This document shows, in pieces, positions 63,085-64,000 of a stretch of 64,000 bases of DNA. Position numbers and translations under genes: made by a program. Numbering within the stretch: position 1 is the stretch's first letter; each line of letters begins with the position of its first letter. Source of the stretch: Podarcis gaigeae (Eukaryota); NCBI GenBank assembly GCA_964106915.2, contig OZ066929.1, one strand, 5' to 3'. The notes under the pieces were generated by a model that was not told the origin of the DNA, did not search any database, and was given only the letters and a program-made list of their open reading frames with translations.

Positions 63085-64000
63085 GTGTTCTGACATTTGC
63101 ATTGCAATGTGTATTGTATTTGGTGTATACTGTATAGGAATTATAGCCCAGCGACACCAGAAGAGACAAAGGTTCTTGCCTCTCATAAGAAGAACCTGCT
63201 AGATTGGATCATCTACTCCTGCATTTTGTTCCCATAATGGCAATCCATTGCTCTGCTGTTTCGTTTCAATTATTTACTTGTTTTCATCCCGTATTTTATT
63301 CCGTGAGCTGCCCTGAGATCTTATGATGAGGGGTGTTATGTAATAAATCTAATAAATAATTAAATAATCCAGGTGCCTTTGGGAAAGCTGCAAAGGCATG
63401 ATCCGAACACAAGAGCACTCTGCCCTCCTGTGGTTTCCAGCAAGTAGTATTCAGAAGAATTACTGCCTCTGGCTTCAGTTCTTATGGACTGGGACAGATC
63501 TGTCTAGGCTAGATGGGAGTTATAAGTCGAGTAACATCTGCAGAGGCACACGGTCTCTCCACTCTAGGTCTTTCACTCCACTTTGTCTGCTGCGACAAGG
63601 TGACCCACAAACTAAGTCCTTTCCTTCCATGCAGAAATATGGGTGCGGTTCAGCTGCAAGAGCATTGGAAACAATGCTTAAGTGTCTGGCCTATTTGAGG
63701 CACAGAAAGGAAAAACAAGTCATCCTTAGAACTCTTGCACAGAGAATACTTCTTGAGATCACACTATGCCTAGCTCTACTTTGCAATCCAGACCAAAGCA
63801 AATATTCCACGGTGTGTTTATTTTGACACCAGCGCGTGCTGGAAACCATGACGTTTGCTGCTCTTATGTAACAAACTGAAGAAAGCAAAGCCACCTATTA
63901 CTTGCATTCTTAAGGCAAGGTGTGGCATACCTGGGCTGCTCCTCATTGCTAGCTCCACCTGCTATTGCTATGCAGCAAAGAATTGCTTACACAGGAGGAG

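Overview
Vertebrate genomic DNA from a squamate, most likely a lacertid lizard (inferred from Sauria-type SINEs with ACCTTT tails, Bov-B, Squam3-like SINEs and Tigger/hAT MITEs). I reconstructed three spliced genes by hand from GT-AG signals and codon phase. (1) A complete 23-exon ATP12A (non-gastric H+/K+-ATPase alpha) on +, CDS 414..24871, 3102 nt, 1033 aa. (2) A complete small gene on -, CDS 36827..30907, 6 coding exons, 159 aa. It resembles the uncharacterised CXorf65/C22orf15 family, has tandem RFX X-box-like motifs upstream, and is not represented as a whole ORF in the track. (3) The last 13 exons (62329..40122, about 666 aa) of a large uncharacterised membrane protein on -, carrying one in-window TM helix and the motif [24 protein letters not shown]; its 5' part lies beyond the window. 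Introns and intergenic DNA contain a young 5'-truncated Rex1/Babar-type LINE with an intact 457-aa RT frame, an 816-bp solo LTR (TG..CA, 5-bp TSD) with a near-intact ~230-codon frame, Bov-B, CR1, L1 and L2 fragments, SINEs, MITEs and microsatellites. Family assignments for genes 2 and 3 and for the repeats rest on recalled motifs, not database searches.
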